A stretch of 64,000 bases of DNA from Macrostomum lignano (taxonomy: Eukaryota). The position numbers and the translations under genes were made by a program. Numbering within the stretch: the first letter of the stretch is position 1; each line of letters opens with the position of its first letter. Under the pieces are notes generated by a model that did not search any database, was not told where the DNA came from, and saw only the letters and a program-made list of their open reading frames with translations. This document shows positions 47,451-59,922 of the stretch, piece by piece. The DNA lies in assembly GCA_002269645.1 (NCBI GenBank), contig NIVC01000017.1:303128-367127 (forward strand), in the 5' to 3' direction.

Positions 47451-47789
47451 TAATACCTTAAAATGACCAAAAGTTGTTCCAATTGTGAACGGGTGTAAGT
47501 ATCAGTACAAACATCATCATCATTCATCATTCATCGCTTCTTCTATGGCCATAGAATTTTCCGAACGGGAATAACAAGCAACAAACAATAATCCATATAT
47601 CAAAACGGTGAAAACGGAGTCTAAAAGAAGACTATAAGCAGCAGAACAGCTTTTATTTTACTTGAATAGCAGCGACCTGTAAAACAACAGGAAAAACAAC
47701 CGGAATTATGAAGTTTGCCAAACAATGCCGAAATCAACGAGTAAAAATTAAAACAAAAACTAATTGTCTGTAAATAACGGCTGTAAAAG

Positions 47790-48435
47790 AGAACAGGCTC
47801 TGTAAGGGAGCGGATCCTGTAGGGAACAGGCTCTGTAAAGGAGCGGATCCTGTAGGGAACAGGCTCTGTAAGGGGGCGGATCCTGTAGGAAACAGGCTCT
47901 GTAAGGGAGCGGATCCTGTAGGGAACAGGCTCTGTAAAGGAGCGGATCCTGTAGGGAACAGGCTCTGTAAGGGGGCGGATCCTGTAGGGAACAGGCTCTG
48001 TAAGGGAGCGGATCCTGTAGGGAACAGGCTCTGTAAGGGAGCGGATCCTGTATGGAACAGGCTCTGTAAGGGAGCGGATCCTGTAGGGAACAGGCTCTGT
48101 AAGGGGGCGGATCCTGTAGGGAACAGGCTCTGTAAGGGAGCGGATCCTGTAGGAAACAGGCTCTGTAAGGGGCGGATCCTGTAGGAAACAGGCTCTGTAA
48201 GGGGGCGGATCCTGTAGGAAACAGGCTCTGTAAGGGGCGGATCCTGTAGGAAACAGGCTCTGTAAGGGGGCGGATCCTGTAGGGAACAGGCTCTGTAAGG
48301 GGGCGGTTCCTATAGAAAACAGGCTCTGTAAGGGGGCGGATCCTATAGAAAACAGGCTCTGTAAGGGGGCGGATCCTGTAGGGAACAGGCTCTGTAAGGG
48401 GGCGGATCCTGTAGGGAACAGGCTCTCTAAGGGGC
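47790..48435. repeat. Minisatellite, 33-bp unit GGAACAGGCTCTGTAAGGGAGCGGATCCTGTAG, ~19 copies, just downstream of MEIOB
   Basis: Visible tandem array with 11-aa periodicity in the ORF track. Confidence 0.96.
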
Positions 48436-48508
48436 GGGTTTGATTCAGTTGATTTTAAATCTGCTAGAAACAGCGGAGAAAGTTGAACAAAATGAAAAGT
48501 GGCCCCAA

Positions 48509-50804
48509 TCAAAGGGCGGACAAGCGCAGGCACTGGGCGAGCTCCTGAGTGTCAACTGGCTGACAAGCCAGCAGCTGCATGCACGGCCTGGGCTGCAGAT
48601 GCGTGGCTCGAACCACTCGAACGTAGAACTTCAGCCGAGTGAACAGCAGTCGGGACCGGACTCTGGACAGGTGCGCCTGGCTGGCTGAGCGCAGTTGATC
48701 CAGGCTGCCCAATCCGCACAGCTGCAGCAGCACCTGCGGGCGGTCAGGAGGGGATCAGGGGAATCGGGAATGGAAGCCTGGGGTGCTGGTTTGCTTTCTA
48801 TACCGTCTCCTCTCCCTACCGTCTCCCCCTCCCTACCGTCTCCCCCTCCCTACCGTCTCCTCTCCCTACCGTCTCCCCCTCCCTACCGTCTCCCCCTCCC
48901 TACCGTCTCCTCTCCCTACCGTCTCCCCCTCCCTACCGTCTCCCCCTCCCTACCGTCTCCTCTCCCTACCGTCTCCTCTCCCTACCGTCTCCCCCTCCCT
49001 ACCGTCTCCCCCTCCCTACCGTCTCCCCCTCCCTACCGTCTCCTCTCCCTACCGTCTCCTCTCCCTACCGTCTCCTCTCCCTACCGTCTCCCCCTCCCTA
49101 CCGTCTCCCCCTCCCTACCGTCTCCTCTCCCTACCGTCTCCTCTCCCTACCGTCTCCTCTCCCTACCGTCTCCTCTCCCTACCGTCTCCTCTCCCTACCG
49201 TCTCCCCCTCCCTACCGTCTCCCCCTCCCTACCGTCTTCCCCTCCCTACCGTCTTTCCCTCCCTACCGTCTCCCCCTCCCTACCGTCTCCCCCTCCCTAC
49301 CGTCTCCTCTCCCTACCGTCTCCCCCTCCCTACCGTCTCCTCTCCCTACCGTCTCCTCTCCCTACCGTCTCCTCTCCCTACCGTCTCCCCCTCCCTACCG
49401 TCTCCTCTCCCTACCGTCTTTCCCTCCCTACCGTCTTCCCCTCCCTACTGTCTTCCCCTCCCTACCGTCTTCCCCTCCCTACTGTCTCCTCTCCCTACCG
49501 TCTCCCCCTCCCTACCGTCTCCCCCTCCCTACCGTCTTCCCCTCCCTACCGTCTTTCCCTCCCTACCGTCTCCCCCTCCCTACCGTCTCCCCCTCCCTAT
49601 CGTCTCCCCCTCTCTACCAACTCCCCCTCCCTACCATCTTTCCCTCTCTATCATCTCCCCCTCTCTACCGAATCCCCCTATCTCCACATATTTTTTCTCC
49701 CTCTCTCCTTTCTCCTTTTCAATCGTCTTCTCCTCCGTTTCCTCCATCCTCCATCTCCCCGCTCTCCCTCTCCCGCATGACTCCCACTCCAGAGTCCCTA
49801 CTCTGCGACAGCATACAGGACTCTGAAATATTGCTCCAACAGGCCCCAGCGCCACACACCAACCCATAGACGGCAAGCAGCACGAAGCGCACCTGTCCCT
49901 GCGCCCGCATATGAAAAGTGCCGGTGTGATCGGCCGCCTCCAGAGTAACGCTGGCCACTTCAGTCGGCGGCATCGCGGCGCCAGCGCAACCAGTGTTCTG
50001 GCAGCCGGCCTGGCGGCCACCAGCTGCGGCCTCCGGCTCCGCGGCTCGGCCGGCGCACACAGTGCAGCGCAGGGAGATCGGCGGCGACTCGGCGCTGCCG
50101 ATGTTCAACTCCGTGAGACAGGCGAAGGCGATGGCGTACTCGACACCCGGCGGCGGGCAGCTGGACAGCTTGAATGCCGTCAGCACGGTGTGGATCGCGT
50201 GCAACGGCGGAGCCACCTGCTGTTGATGCAGCAGATGTCGCTGGGCTCCATGGCCGGCATGCTCGGTGACGTCATCAGTGACATCCTCGTCAATCTCCTC
50301 GTTGTTGGCAGTTGCCGCTGCGGCGCCGAGATCGCCGCCAGTCTCAAGCAGGTCGGCCGCCTGAGACAGCAGAGCGGCGGCCTCGGAGCACAGCGGATCG
50401 ATGATCAGGACGGTGCGCTTGTCGACCGTGCCCTCGGCGGCGTCGCTGCGGAATCTGCCGGCCGAAGACACCCGGCAGTCGACCACGCTGACCACCTGGC
50501 CGGGTCGGAGCGCCGCAGCGGCCTCGCAGTTCTCCGGCCCCCAGAAGGTGAGGGGAAACGAGCGGCAGGTTGCGTCGCATAAAATCAGCTGGGCCCGGCA
50601 GGTGTCGCGGCCCTCGCGCGTAGTGAGCTGGCGCGGCGGGTGGACGCGCTGGATTAGCGCCAGTAGGCTGGCGTACTGCGGCTGGTCTGTGGCGCAGCGA
50701 AGCGCCTGGAGAAGGCGTTCGGTTAGTTAGTTAGTTAGTTAGTTAGTTAGTCAGTTAGTTAGTTAGTCAGTTAGTTAGTTAGTCAGTTAGTTAGTTAGTC
50801 AGTC

Positions 50805-50843
<39 letters not shown>

Positions 50844-50880
50844 CAGTTAGTTAGTCAGTCAGTTAGTTAGTTAGTTAGTC

Positions 50881-50919
<39 letters not shown>

Positions 50920-50924
50920 CAGTC

Positions 50925-50965
<41 letters not shown>

Positions 50966-50966
50966 C

Positions 50967-51017
<51 letters not shown>

Positions 51018-51060
51018 TTTAGTTAGTTATTTAGTTAGTTAGTTTGTTAGTTAGTTAGTC

Positions 51061-51115
<55 letters not shown>

Positions 51116-51601
51116 AGTCGCTAAGGTGCGCACCTGGCCAAGCGTCACGTGCTCGGATGCCGGTCGCAGCAGCTGGCGGCGCAGCCGTTCAAACGCAGTC
51201 ACCTCGCTGGGGTCGATGAGGCGGCAGCAGACAACGCTGCCGCGGTTCTCGCTGACGCTGAGGCTGAAGGGCAGGCCGCCGCTGACCCGATAAGCTGGGT
51301 TTTGCGGCGGCCTGACCGAGGCGTTGACAATGTCCACCACCGAGCCCAGGCGCGCGTGGTCGCGGCTCACGGTTCTCACGTGACCGTCATCGCCCCAGAT
51401 AGACACCTGGCAGTAGGCGGAGGGGCTGTCGCGCAGCGTGATCGTCAGGACGCTGGACTGCCGGCCCTGGCGGGTGTTGACAAGGCGGGGCGAGTCCTTG
51501 GCGATGATCAGGCCGCGGACTGTGAACCGGGTGGCGTCGGGGGTCAGCGAGTCCAAGGACCGATGCGGACAGTCCACGGGCAGGCGCAGGAAGTCGGACA
51601 T
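48509..51601 (-). CDS. MEIOB: Meiosis-specific OB-fold protein MEIOB, 3 exons, ~501 aa
   Basis: Exons 51601-51134 (TITLRDSPSAYCQVSIWG; SVSENRGSV; ends TLGQ|gtgcgc), 50705-49893 (LCDATCRSFPLTFWG; TVDKRTVLIIDP; AFACLTELNI; RCTVC; ADHTGTF; ends QGQ|gtgcgc) and 48733-48509 (SRLLFTRLKFYV). These match the order and motifs of human MEIOB as I recall them (TIRDSP, LSENHS, TDHTGTL). An alternative ATG lies at 51631. Confidence 0.85.
48798..49635. repeat. Polypyrimidine/polypurine minisatellite, 17-bp unit TACCGTCTCCCCCTCCC, ~48 copies, in MEIOB intron 2
   Basis: Visible tandem array; it generates the Pro/Ser-rich shadow ORFs. Confidence 0.96.
50722..51116. repeat. (TTAG)n / (CTAA)n microsatellite filling ~92% of MEIOB intron 1
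   Basis: Directly visible. The intron is 50706-51133 (428 nt) and the array is ~395 nt. Confidence 0.98.
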
Positions 51602-51664
51602 GGCTGGAATGCCGAGCAGCTGCTGGGTCATTCATCACACAGTGGCGCTAGTTTCAATAGGAGA

Positions 51665-52545
51665 AGTGTGAGATTCAGAGACCGGCGAGTGAATATGGAT
51701 AGGGAGAAATGTGAGATTCAGGGACTGGGAAGTGAATATGGAGTGGGAGAAATGTGAGATTCAGGGACCGGGGACTGAACATGGAGTGGGAGAAATGTGA
51801 GATTCAGGGACCGGGGACTGAACATGGAGTGGGAGAAATGTTAAGATTCAGGGACCGGGGAGTGAACATGGATAGGGAGAAATGTGAGATTCAGGGACTG
51901 GGAAGTGAACATGGAGTGGGAGAAATGTGAGATTCAGGGACCGGGGACTGAACATGGAGTGGGAGAAATGTTGAGATTCAGGGACCGGGGAGTGAACATG
52001 AATAGGGAGAAATGTGAGATTCAGGGACTGGGAAGTGAATATGGATAGGGAGAAATGTGAGATTCAGGGACTGGGAAGTGAATATGGATAGGGAGAAATG
52101 TGAGATTCAGGGACTGGGAAGTGAATATGGATAGGGAGAAATGTGAGATTCAGGGACTGGGAAGTGAATATGGATAGGGAGAAATGTGAGATTCAGGGAC
52201 TGGGAAGTGAATATGGATAGGGAGAAATGTGAGATTCAGGGACCGGGGAGTGAACATGGAGTGGGAGAAATGTTGAGATTCAGGGACCGGGGAGTGAAAA
52301 TGGAGTGGGAGAAATGTTGAGATTCAGGGACCGGGGAGTAAACATGGAGTGGGAGAAATGTTGAGATTCAGGGACCGGGGACTGAACATGGAGTGGGAGA
52401 AATGTTGAGATTCAGGGACCGGGGACTGAACATGGAGTGGGAGAAATGTTGAGATTCAGGGACCGGGGACTGAACATGGAGTGGGAGAAATGTTGAGATT
52501 CAGGGACCGGGAGTGAAAATGGACAGAAAGAGAGGTGAGATTCAG
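51665..52545. repeat. Minisatellite, 43-44-bp unit GAGATTCAGGGACCGGGGACTGAACATGGAGTGGGAGAAATGT, ~20 copies, immediately upstream of MEIOB
   Basis: Visible tandem array. Confidence 0.95.
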
Positions 52546-53047
52546 AGACCGGAAGGAAAGAAACATGGAGAGAGAGAGAGAAAAGTGAGATTTAGGGAGT
52601 AGTTACACTCCTAAAGTGGGACTTGCGAATGGGAACCTAGACACGGGGAGACAACACATTGTAAAAATAAAATATAAAGTGAGAGACCGAGAGGAAGACT
52701 TGTAGACAGGGCAAGAGTAAAATCTTTCAAAACAGTTACAAATTGGAAGGCGAAAATTGCTGAGCAAATGAGAAAATCATCGATCTATATCAAAGAATTT
52801 TGCCTTTAACTTAATATCGCTCATTGAAGGCAACAAAAAGCGACAGGTGCACTAGCAAATTAAGAACGAAGAGACCTCACAGCTGTATGTGTAACATAGA
52901 ACTATAGATAGAGTATAAATATTTGGCCAGAAAAAATCCTTAGGGTTCACTTTCATTTTTGCAAGTTAAAAAACGGTGGCATTTCGCCGTCGCCAAGGAG
53001 AGTTTATATCCGGTCTTAGCAGCTGTTCAAACGCACCTAAAAGGAAA

Positions 53048-56000
53048 ATGAATAGGCATATGATTGGAGTGCTTTTCACTTCCTCCTTGTTGTTGCTAGT
53101 TTCACACAGTGTTAGGTGTCAGATGCTCACAGATGATGAGAAGGCTAGTACTCTGGACTTTGCCAATTATCTTAGGCGGAACACGGTGCCGAAAGCTTCC
53201 GATATGAACGGCTTGGTGAGTACCATCGCGTCAAAGCTGCATAGGACATTGTCATAGACCAAAATGAAATGTGATGAAGTGTGTCAATTCAGAAAGTAAA
53301 CCCGACACTTGGCCCAACAAGCCGGCCCACTTCTTTACGTTAGTCTGTTTTCTCTAACTAGCTCTGGGACACAAACTTGGAGATGCTGGCTCAACAAGCG
53401 GCCAACAGGTGCCTGTTTGAGCACAACTACAGCGGCCCGTACGCTTCGCTGGGCGAAATTTTGTACCGCGGTGGCAGTCGCAACTTCCAGCACATTCTGG
53501 CCTTCATGTTCCTGGAGCGAGAGAACTACAACTATTCGACTGGCCAGTGTAGCGGCGCGAAGTATCCGTTTTTTACAACCTGCGGTCACTATTTGCAGCT
53601 TGTACACGCCGCCACCAGCAGGATCGGCTGCGCCGTGCAGCTGTGCAACGGTGTCTACTTGGCGGCGTGCGAGTTTAGCCGGTAAAGCCAAATTAACTTT
53701 AATTTATCGAATACCCAGAAAGCTATTGAACTAACGAGACAATGTATTAAGGTGTAATCAAGAACAACTAAAGCAACGTATATAGAGGACGCGACACTCA
53801 CGTTTCATGGGAAAAAAGTTTTGAAGGCCACTTAAGATAAATAGTTTGCTGGATTCTCCCGCACTGCAATTAACATTTATTTATACTGTTTACAGATTCT
53901 ACACGGCTAATCGAACCATTCGAAGAGTTAGAAATGGAGTTTAAGGCATGTAACTAATTTTAGATAGCAAAGCATATGATTTGTTGAAAAAAATGGGTTG
54001 CCTTAAGAAATGTTAAGCTTAAAAAAGTTAAGTTAAGCCAAAGCGGCGAATGCTATTTTATCTTAAAGGGGAATAAATTTCGAAGGTCCCAGCGAAAAAA
54101 ACATTTCCACGAGCATCCATTCAAGTGACATTGTTTGGAAAAGTGGCCTTCAAAACATTTTCAATAGATTTCGAGTGTTGCGACCTTCTACTTTAGTAGT
54201 CCTTGGGTGTAAGTAGGTACAGGGTTTGTGTTACTACAAAATTGAGGTTCGTGTCGTCGACAAGCAAAGATCTATGGACTCGATCCATGGAAAATCTGCA
54301 GATGCACCAGGTCGTGGACTACCGAAGGTTGAAGTGACCTATGCCCAAGAAAACATGAGGTCATTATGAGGTCTTGTAGACAGTCGAATATTCTATAGGA
54401 TAGCAACTCCCCGCGGAACAATTAGGTCATGCAAATACCAAGCCTACCGAATTCATAATAACCGCAGGCAATACGCCAGTCCGCCCTATTTGAGCGGCGA
54501 GCCTGGCACCAAGTGCGGCAACGGTTACGCCACCTACTCTCAACAGGGCCTTTGCTACGCCATCATGTACGGCGAGTCAGCGCCAATACCGGGACCGTTC
54601 GGTAATTAAATGTAGACAGATCCATGTTGAACAGCAGAAAAGTACATTTCTTATCTTATGACGAACCGAGCAATTTATAACTAATTTCAGATTGCAAGCT
54701 GACCTGCATGAACTATGGCAACTTGACAACAATGCCGTTCTGCAGTTGCACCTGTCCACCGGGTTTCTATGGTGTTAGATGCGAAAGTACGAGTAAAATA
54801 AAAAAATGTATTCACTTGGATCCACCGAAATATTAACCATCCCTACAAAAAATGATTTTTCTATGACTCTATATTTTAGAAAAGAATATCTACTACGCGA
54901 GTTCAATTCCCAACGACTGCACTGCTCAGGCGGTGAGCTGCAAGAATGGTGGCAGTCCAACTATGCTTGGCAGCGCTTGCAAATGCGTCTGCCCTACCAA
55001 CTTTGGCGGCGAGAGTTGTGAAGGTTTGTTCTATGCTACCTGCTAATTACAATTGAAAATTTGAATGCCATGGAAGCTGCTTTAAGTGGCTATCCAAAGT
55101 AGACCGATTGATGATGCATGTTGCTGAATCACTGAGTTCTATCAAACCATTAGCGAAACTTGCACCGATGTAAAACAACGATCTTTCAAGGTCAAATTGT
55201 TTTTGATATAAGAACTACCTGGCGTCAATGGAAGAATTCCTGATAAGGATTTTGGCATTACCCAGGCACATAACATTTAGACAACGACTTAACTTCAGCG
55301 AATCGGCAACCGATATATCACAGTACGAGCGTATTTTTTCGCGCTAAACATTTTGCAGCATGAGCATAGGAACGGGGCTAGCAGGCTTGGCAGAATAAGT
55401 CTAAAGACAAAAATTAAAGTGGTTTCATAACAAAAAAACTGGTGGAGCCATTGCCCCATTTGCCTCTCTCTGTTCCTTATACGCCTATGTCTTGACTACG
55501 CCTAGGTCTATCAGATGACACTGACAAATCTATCAGAGTCCATTCTGGTAACCTGAAAAAGCTCAGAGCTGATCATGTGACATCCCTTTGTTTCTGTGGA
55601 ATGCACAATAGAATGACTGAAACCCACCGAATTCGCTCCTTTGCAGTAAACCTCCAACAGATGAAAAGCAGCCTATTCGTCTACTTGGGAGGTAAAACAA
55701 TTTACCAGAGCTACCATCCAGTAAATTTGACACTTGTGAGTTGATAATCTTGTCTTTTATTAAGATGCACAAGGACATGAGCTCCGGGTTAACAAAAGAT
55801 GCTTCCCCTTTCAGTGGAATGCAACCGGAATGCGAGGCAGCTTTAAGCAGGCCCTAACCTCGGGGATCAACAACTACTGCCTAAGCAATTCACCGCTGTG
55901 CTGTTCGAACGCCAGCCAACCTGTCGGTGGTGCATTTGTTCAGGCGGAGAATTTTCACGACACTGACAACTATCCTAGCCAAGAGATTGACGGAACAATG

Positions 56001-57100
56001 GTGGCTGCGGTGCACTACACTCTGAGTACTACTGTGGCAATGCAGTGCAGTAAGTCGAGTTAAATGAGACGCAGCTTATCAATACGAGAATGCGGAACCC
56101 TTCAGGCCGTTTCTCTGTTTTAATCTGGCGCATCTGAACTTAAATTGTACACTTTTATGGCTCCACCGATTCCAACAGAAGACCGTCAAAGCCTGATCTA
56201 AAGCCAAAATCAATAACGGATCATGCATTCTAGCTGCCGCTCAAATCATTGATAGCAATGGAGGCATCCGCTTATAATATTGTATTGATAGGCCGTGTCT
56301 ATAGCAATACACGGCCCTAGTAGCTTTACTATATCGAAACCAAAAGTGGTAAAGCGACATATATGGTAACTAGCGACACAATATCTGACACAAATGCTTG
56401 CTAAAAATGCCTCACTTCAAGAACCATATACAAGGCAGACGACGCTTTGCGACGAGAACGCACAGAGATGGCAATATCTGCTGTCAAGACAGCTCTCAAG
56501 CGAAGGCTAACAGAACCTGCTGTAACAGAAAAAACTCCGGGAGCGGCCTACAGAGGGCGATTAAATCATCGCTGCCCAGTCATTACATTGAACCCCCGTT
56601 GAAGTGGCACATCCATGCTCTACAGTACGCATCGAGATGCACATTTGCACAAACTGACCAACAAATTTCGCTCACTTTTACGACAAGTTCGTTTCAGTCA
56701 ACCAGAGAAGAGTGAAAGGACTGCACTGTGTTGTACGAGCATACTGTGCACTTAGTCATGCTACAGGAAGCGGCAACAGATTTTGTGTAATGACTTTTTT
56801 AACCTTAGGTTTAATCTTAAAACATTGCTAGCAATAGATCGTAAAGGCTATTACGTACTACATTATTTAATTCATTCGCCATTTTCCGTGCTGCAAACGC
56901 CAAAGCCCGAGTCAAGTGAATAGTAAGTTTTCTAGTCGCAGGTTGACAAAACTGTACATTATTAATACTCTACTCTTCCAGATAGTGGACTGCCATTACT
57001 GAACAAAAGCATCTTGTTGGAAGCGTGGAAGACAATCGAAACTGAATTGAAACAGGCAGTGCTGCAGGAGTCCGGACTCAATGTGGTTCGCATTGGTTAA
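53048..57100 (+). CDS. Secreted CAP-EGF-EGF-unknown C-terminal domain protein, paralog A, 8 exons, ~434 aa
   Basis: Exons 53048-53215, 53362-53681, 54468-54601, 54691-54786, 54880-55023, 55647-55735, 55815-56049, 56982-57100; 1305 nt in frame, all GT-AG. Signal peptide; CAP (NYLRR, FEHNY, LGEIL, CGHYLQLV, IGCAV); EGF-like CKLTCMNYG...CTCPPGFYGVRCE and CKNGG...CVCPTNFGGESCE. Confidence 0.87.
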
Positions 57101-57776
57101 GCAGCATGTATTCAAACTGCATACAGATTGTCCAGACTAACGATTCTTTTGTCTTGATCAATTAACTATTTACTCGTAATTGGGCGATGGTTGATATGTT
57201 AATTATACGAGTACCTGGCATGCTAAAACTTCACGCATAATTATCAAAGGTCTTGTAGGGGCTTGTTATTACCAAATATGTATACTATAGCTTATTTCAC
57301 GGTGAATGACTACTATTTTCTGTTTATCCCGTTACGATGTGCAAATAAGGTCAATGGAGAAAAATACAGTGAGTCAAAAGTTAATAAAAATACAGCTCAG
57401 AATTGTATCAAATTTCCGCCCATGTTTACTAGACTTCGACACTACTCTTAGTACAATGAACAGCTTTTTGTAGTTTTTTGAATTTTCGAGAAGCCGACAG
57501 AGTCAAGAGAGTAAATGACTACATGTGTAAAGTCAATAAGCGCCGAAAACAGAACTATTTGGCATGAATCGAGCCGGATACACACAGTTGCGGTCCCCTT
57601 TATTCCTGGCGATTTGCGTGATTACATTTATTAACAGGTGCTTCCTGATTACGGACGACACTCTGGAAAACAGTTTGCATCACCTTACAAGTCTATATAA
57701 TAACGCAGAAAATCGCACACCGAAAACCAACTCACACAGACCAACTGGCTCAAGCAAGCAACTTCCCAGGTACAAC

Positions 57777-59922
57777 ATGGACACCACGAAATCGCTCTGT
57801 CTGTGCGCATTTCTGGCCTTTGCATTGGCTATCCAAATTGGCAGGTGCAAACTGACCGAGCAGGAGAGAAACGATACGCTCAATTTTATCAACCATTTAA
57901 GACGAAATGCTGTGCCACCGGCCGCCGACATGAATGGACTAGTGAGTGAAAAAACCACTTATTTTACTCAACAGTAGCTACATTGGCGTAGGATTTATAT
58001 GAAACTCATAAGAAGCTGCTGATTTTTAACATTATCACTAGATTTGGGACACCAGGCTGGAAAACTTGGCTCAGAGGGCGGCCAACAGTTGCGTATTCGA
58101 GCACAACTACGGTGGCGATTATTCCTCCCTTGGCGAAATCCTGTACCTAGGCTCCAGGCAGAACTTCAGCGAGATTCTTGTCTTTATGTTTCTGGAGCGA
58201 GAGCAGTATAATTACACCAATGGCGCCTGCGTCACGGGCTCGGGCAAGTATCCGTTCTTTTCTACCTGCGGTCACTATCTGCAAATTGTAACTGCCGGTG
58301 TTAATAAGGTCGGCTGCGGCATACAATACTGCAGCGGGAACTACCTGGGCGTCTGCGAGTTTGACAGGTGCGTTTACTTTGCCGAAGTGCACTGATGAGC
58401 GATTCCATACAATCACCGAGCCGTTTCTACTCGTGCATGTGTTAGTCAAGCAGTCAAGCATGCTACCAGTAGAAATGGCCAGGTGATTGCAAAGCATGAT
58501 CCCGATGGTTTATTCTTCTCCCAAACCAACCAGGGAGTGGTACGTGCCTCCTTATCAAACCGGAGAAGCTGGAACAAAGTGTGGCAATGGCTATGCGACC
58601 TACTTCAAGGACGGGCTCTGCTATTCCATTCTAGTAGGCGAAACGCCACCTATACCAGGGCCATTCGGTGAGAGACAGTGCTTAAAACATGTTTGTTTTA
58701 TATCCAAGTAAACTTATCAAACAAACCCCATCCAAACGAACTGATTAAATTCCAGAGTGCAAGCTGAGCTGTCTAAACTATGGCACGCTGATGACTTCGC
58801 CATTTTGCTCGTGTTCATGCCCAGCTGGTTACTACGGAGTCAGATGCGAAAGTGAGTGCGAAAGGAAAAGTAGACCAGTCATGAGAATGGATGCTTAAAG
58901 CACTATTAAAAGCTGAGTAACTAAGTAGCTAATCTACTTTCAGCAAAGAACATCTACTTCGCAAGCACCATTCCGAATGACTGCAAGGCACAGGCGGTGA
59001 CCTGCAAGAATGGTGGCTCACCAACCATGACTGGCACAACCTGCAAGTGCGTCTGCCCAGCAAATTTCGAGGGAGAAAGTTGTCAGAGTAAGTAGCATGC
59101 AGTCTTCTCTATTCTAAAAGACCAAGCCTTCCAGAAAGTGAACGCATCTTAAACCTTTTCAACTCCAATCTGCAGTTAACAAGGTACAGGAAAGCAACAG
59201 TTTGGCCATTTACTTTGGCGGCGAAATGCGATACTCAAGCTATTACCCGATTAAAATGTCAATCGTAAGTGCAAAAACACAGCTTTTTTCGATATAACAA
59301 GCCAGGAAATCAGCTGACAATTTTTTGTCTTTCAGTGGAATGACACATTGCTAAAGGAGTCAACCAGAACTCACCTGACAGATGCAATAAATAGCTACTG
59401 CAATGCCAACTTTTCCACTTGCTGTCCCAGCTCAACAGCCAGCTCGTTGCCAGCAACAATTCAACATTTTGCCACTTGCGAGGACTTCCACGTTGCTGAT
59501 TCCTATCCGATTCAGGCCATTGATGGATCAATGAGGGTTGACGTTTACTATACTATGCAGCCAAGTATGGACAATGTATGCAATGGTAAGACGTTTCTTG
59601 AAATAAATTCTTCCTTCCATTTATATAATTGTCTTTCGAAGAAGCAACCCTAGAACAAATTTTACAAGTAGTTCCCTTTGAGAAATAGCTCTCCAAATGC
59701 TCCATACAATGCTCTACTTTCTCACTATTCTACGAGCTAGATGATATAAAGGGATCAATAAAAATCTATTACTAAAAACGATTATCTTTAACCTTTCCAA
59801 TTGCAGGTAAAACCAACAGCTACGTCAGCAAGGCCATAATTAAGTCAGCCTGGACTACAGCAATGAAAAATATCAATGCAGCCATTTCTGCTATTGGATT
59901 GAAGGCAATCAAAGCTGACTAA
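57777..59922 (+). CDS. Secreted CAP-EGF-EGF-unknown C-terminal domain protein, paralog B, 8 exons, ~439 aa
   Basis: Exons 57777-57941, 58042-58367, 58534-58667, 58756-58851, 58944-59087, 59176-59264, 59336-59585, 59807-59922; 1320 nt in frame. Intron phases match paralog A and exons 3-6 have identical lengths (134/96/144/89). Confidence 0.88.

Noticed and set aside
47760-49826. Long Pro/Ser/Leu-rich ORFs of 257-361 aa
   Set aside because: They derive from the 33-bp and 17-bp minisatellites, downstream of and inside MEIOB.
50722-51116. (TTAG)n as an interstitial telomere
   Set aside because: The unit is TTAG, not TTAGGG or TTAGG, and it lies within a normal intron.
53818-54156. 16-bp perfect inverted repeat (GTTTTGAAGGCCACTT) in CAP paralog A intron 2 as a MITE
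   Set aside because: Short arms, no TSD and no second copy in the window.
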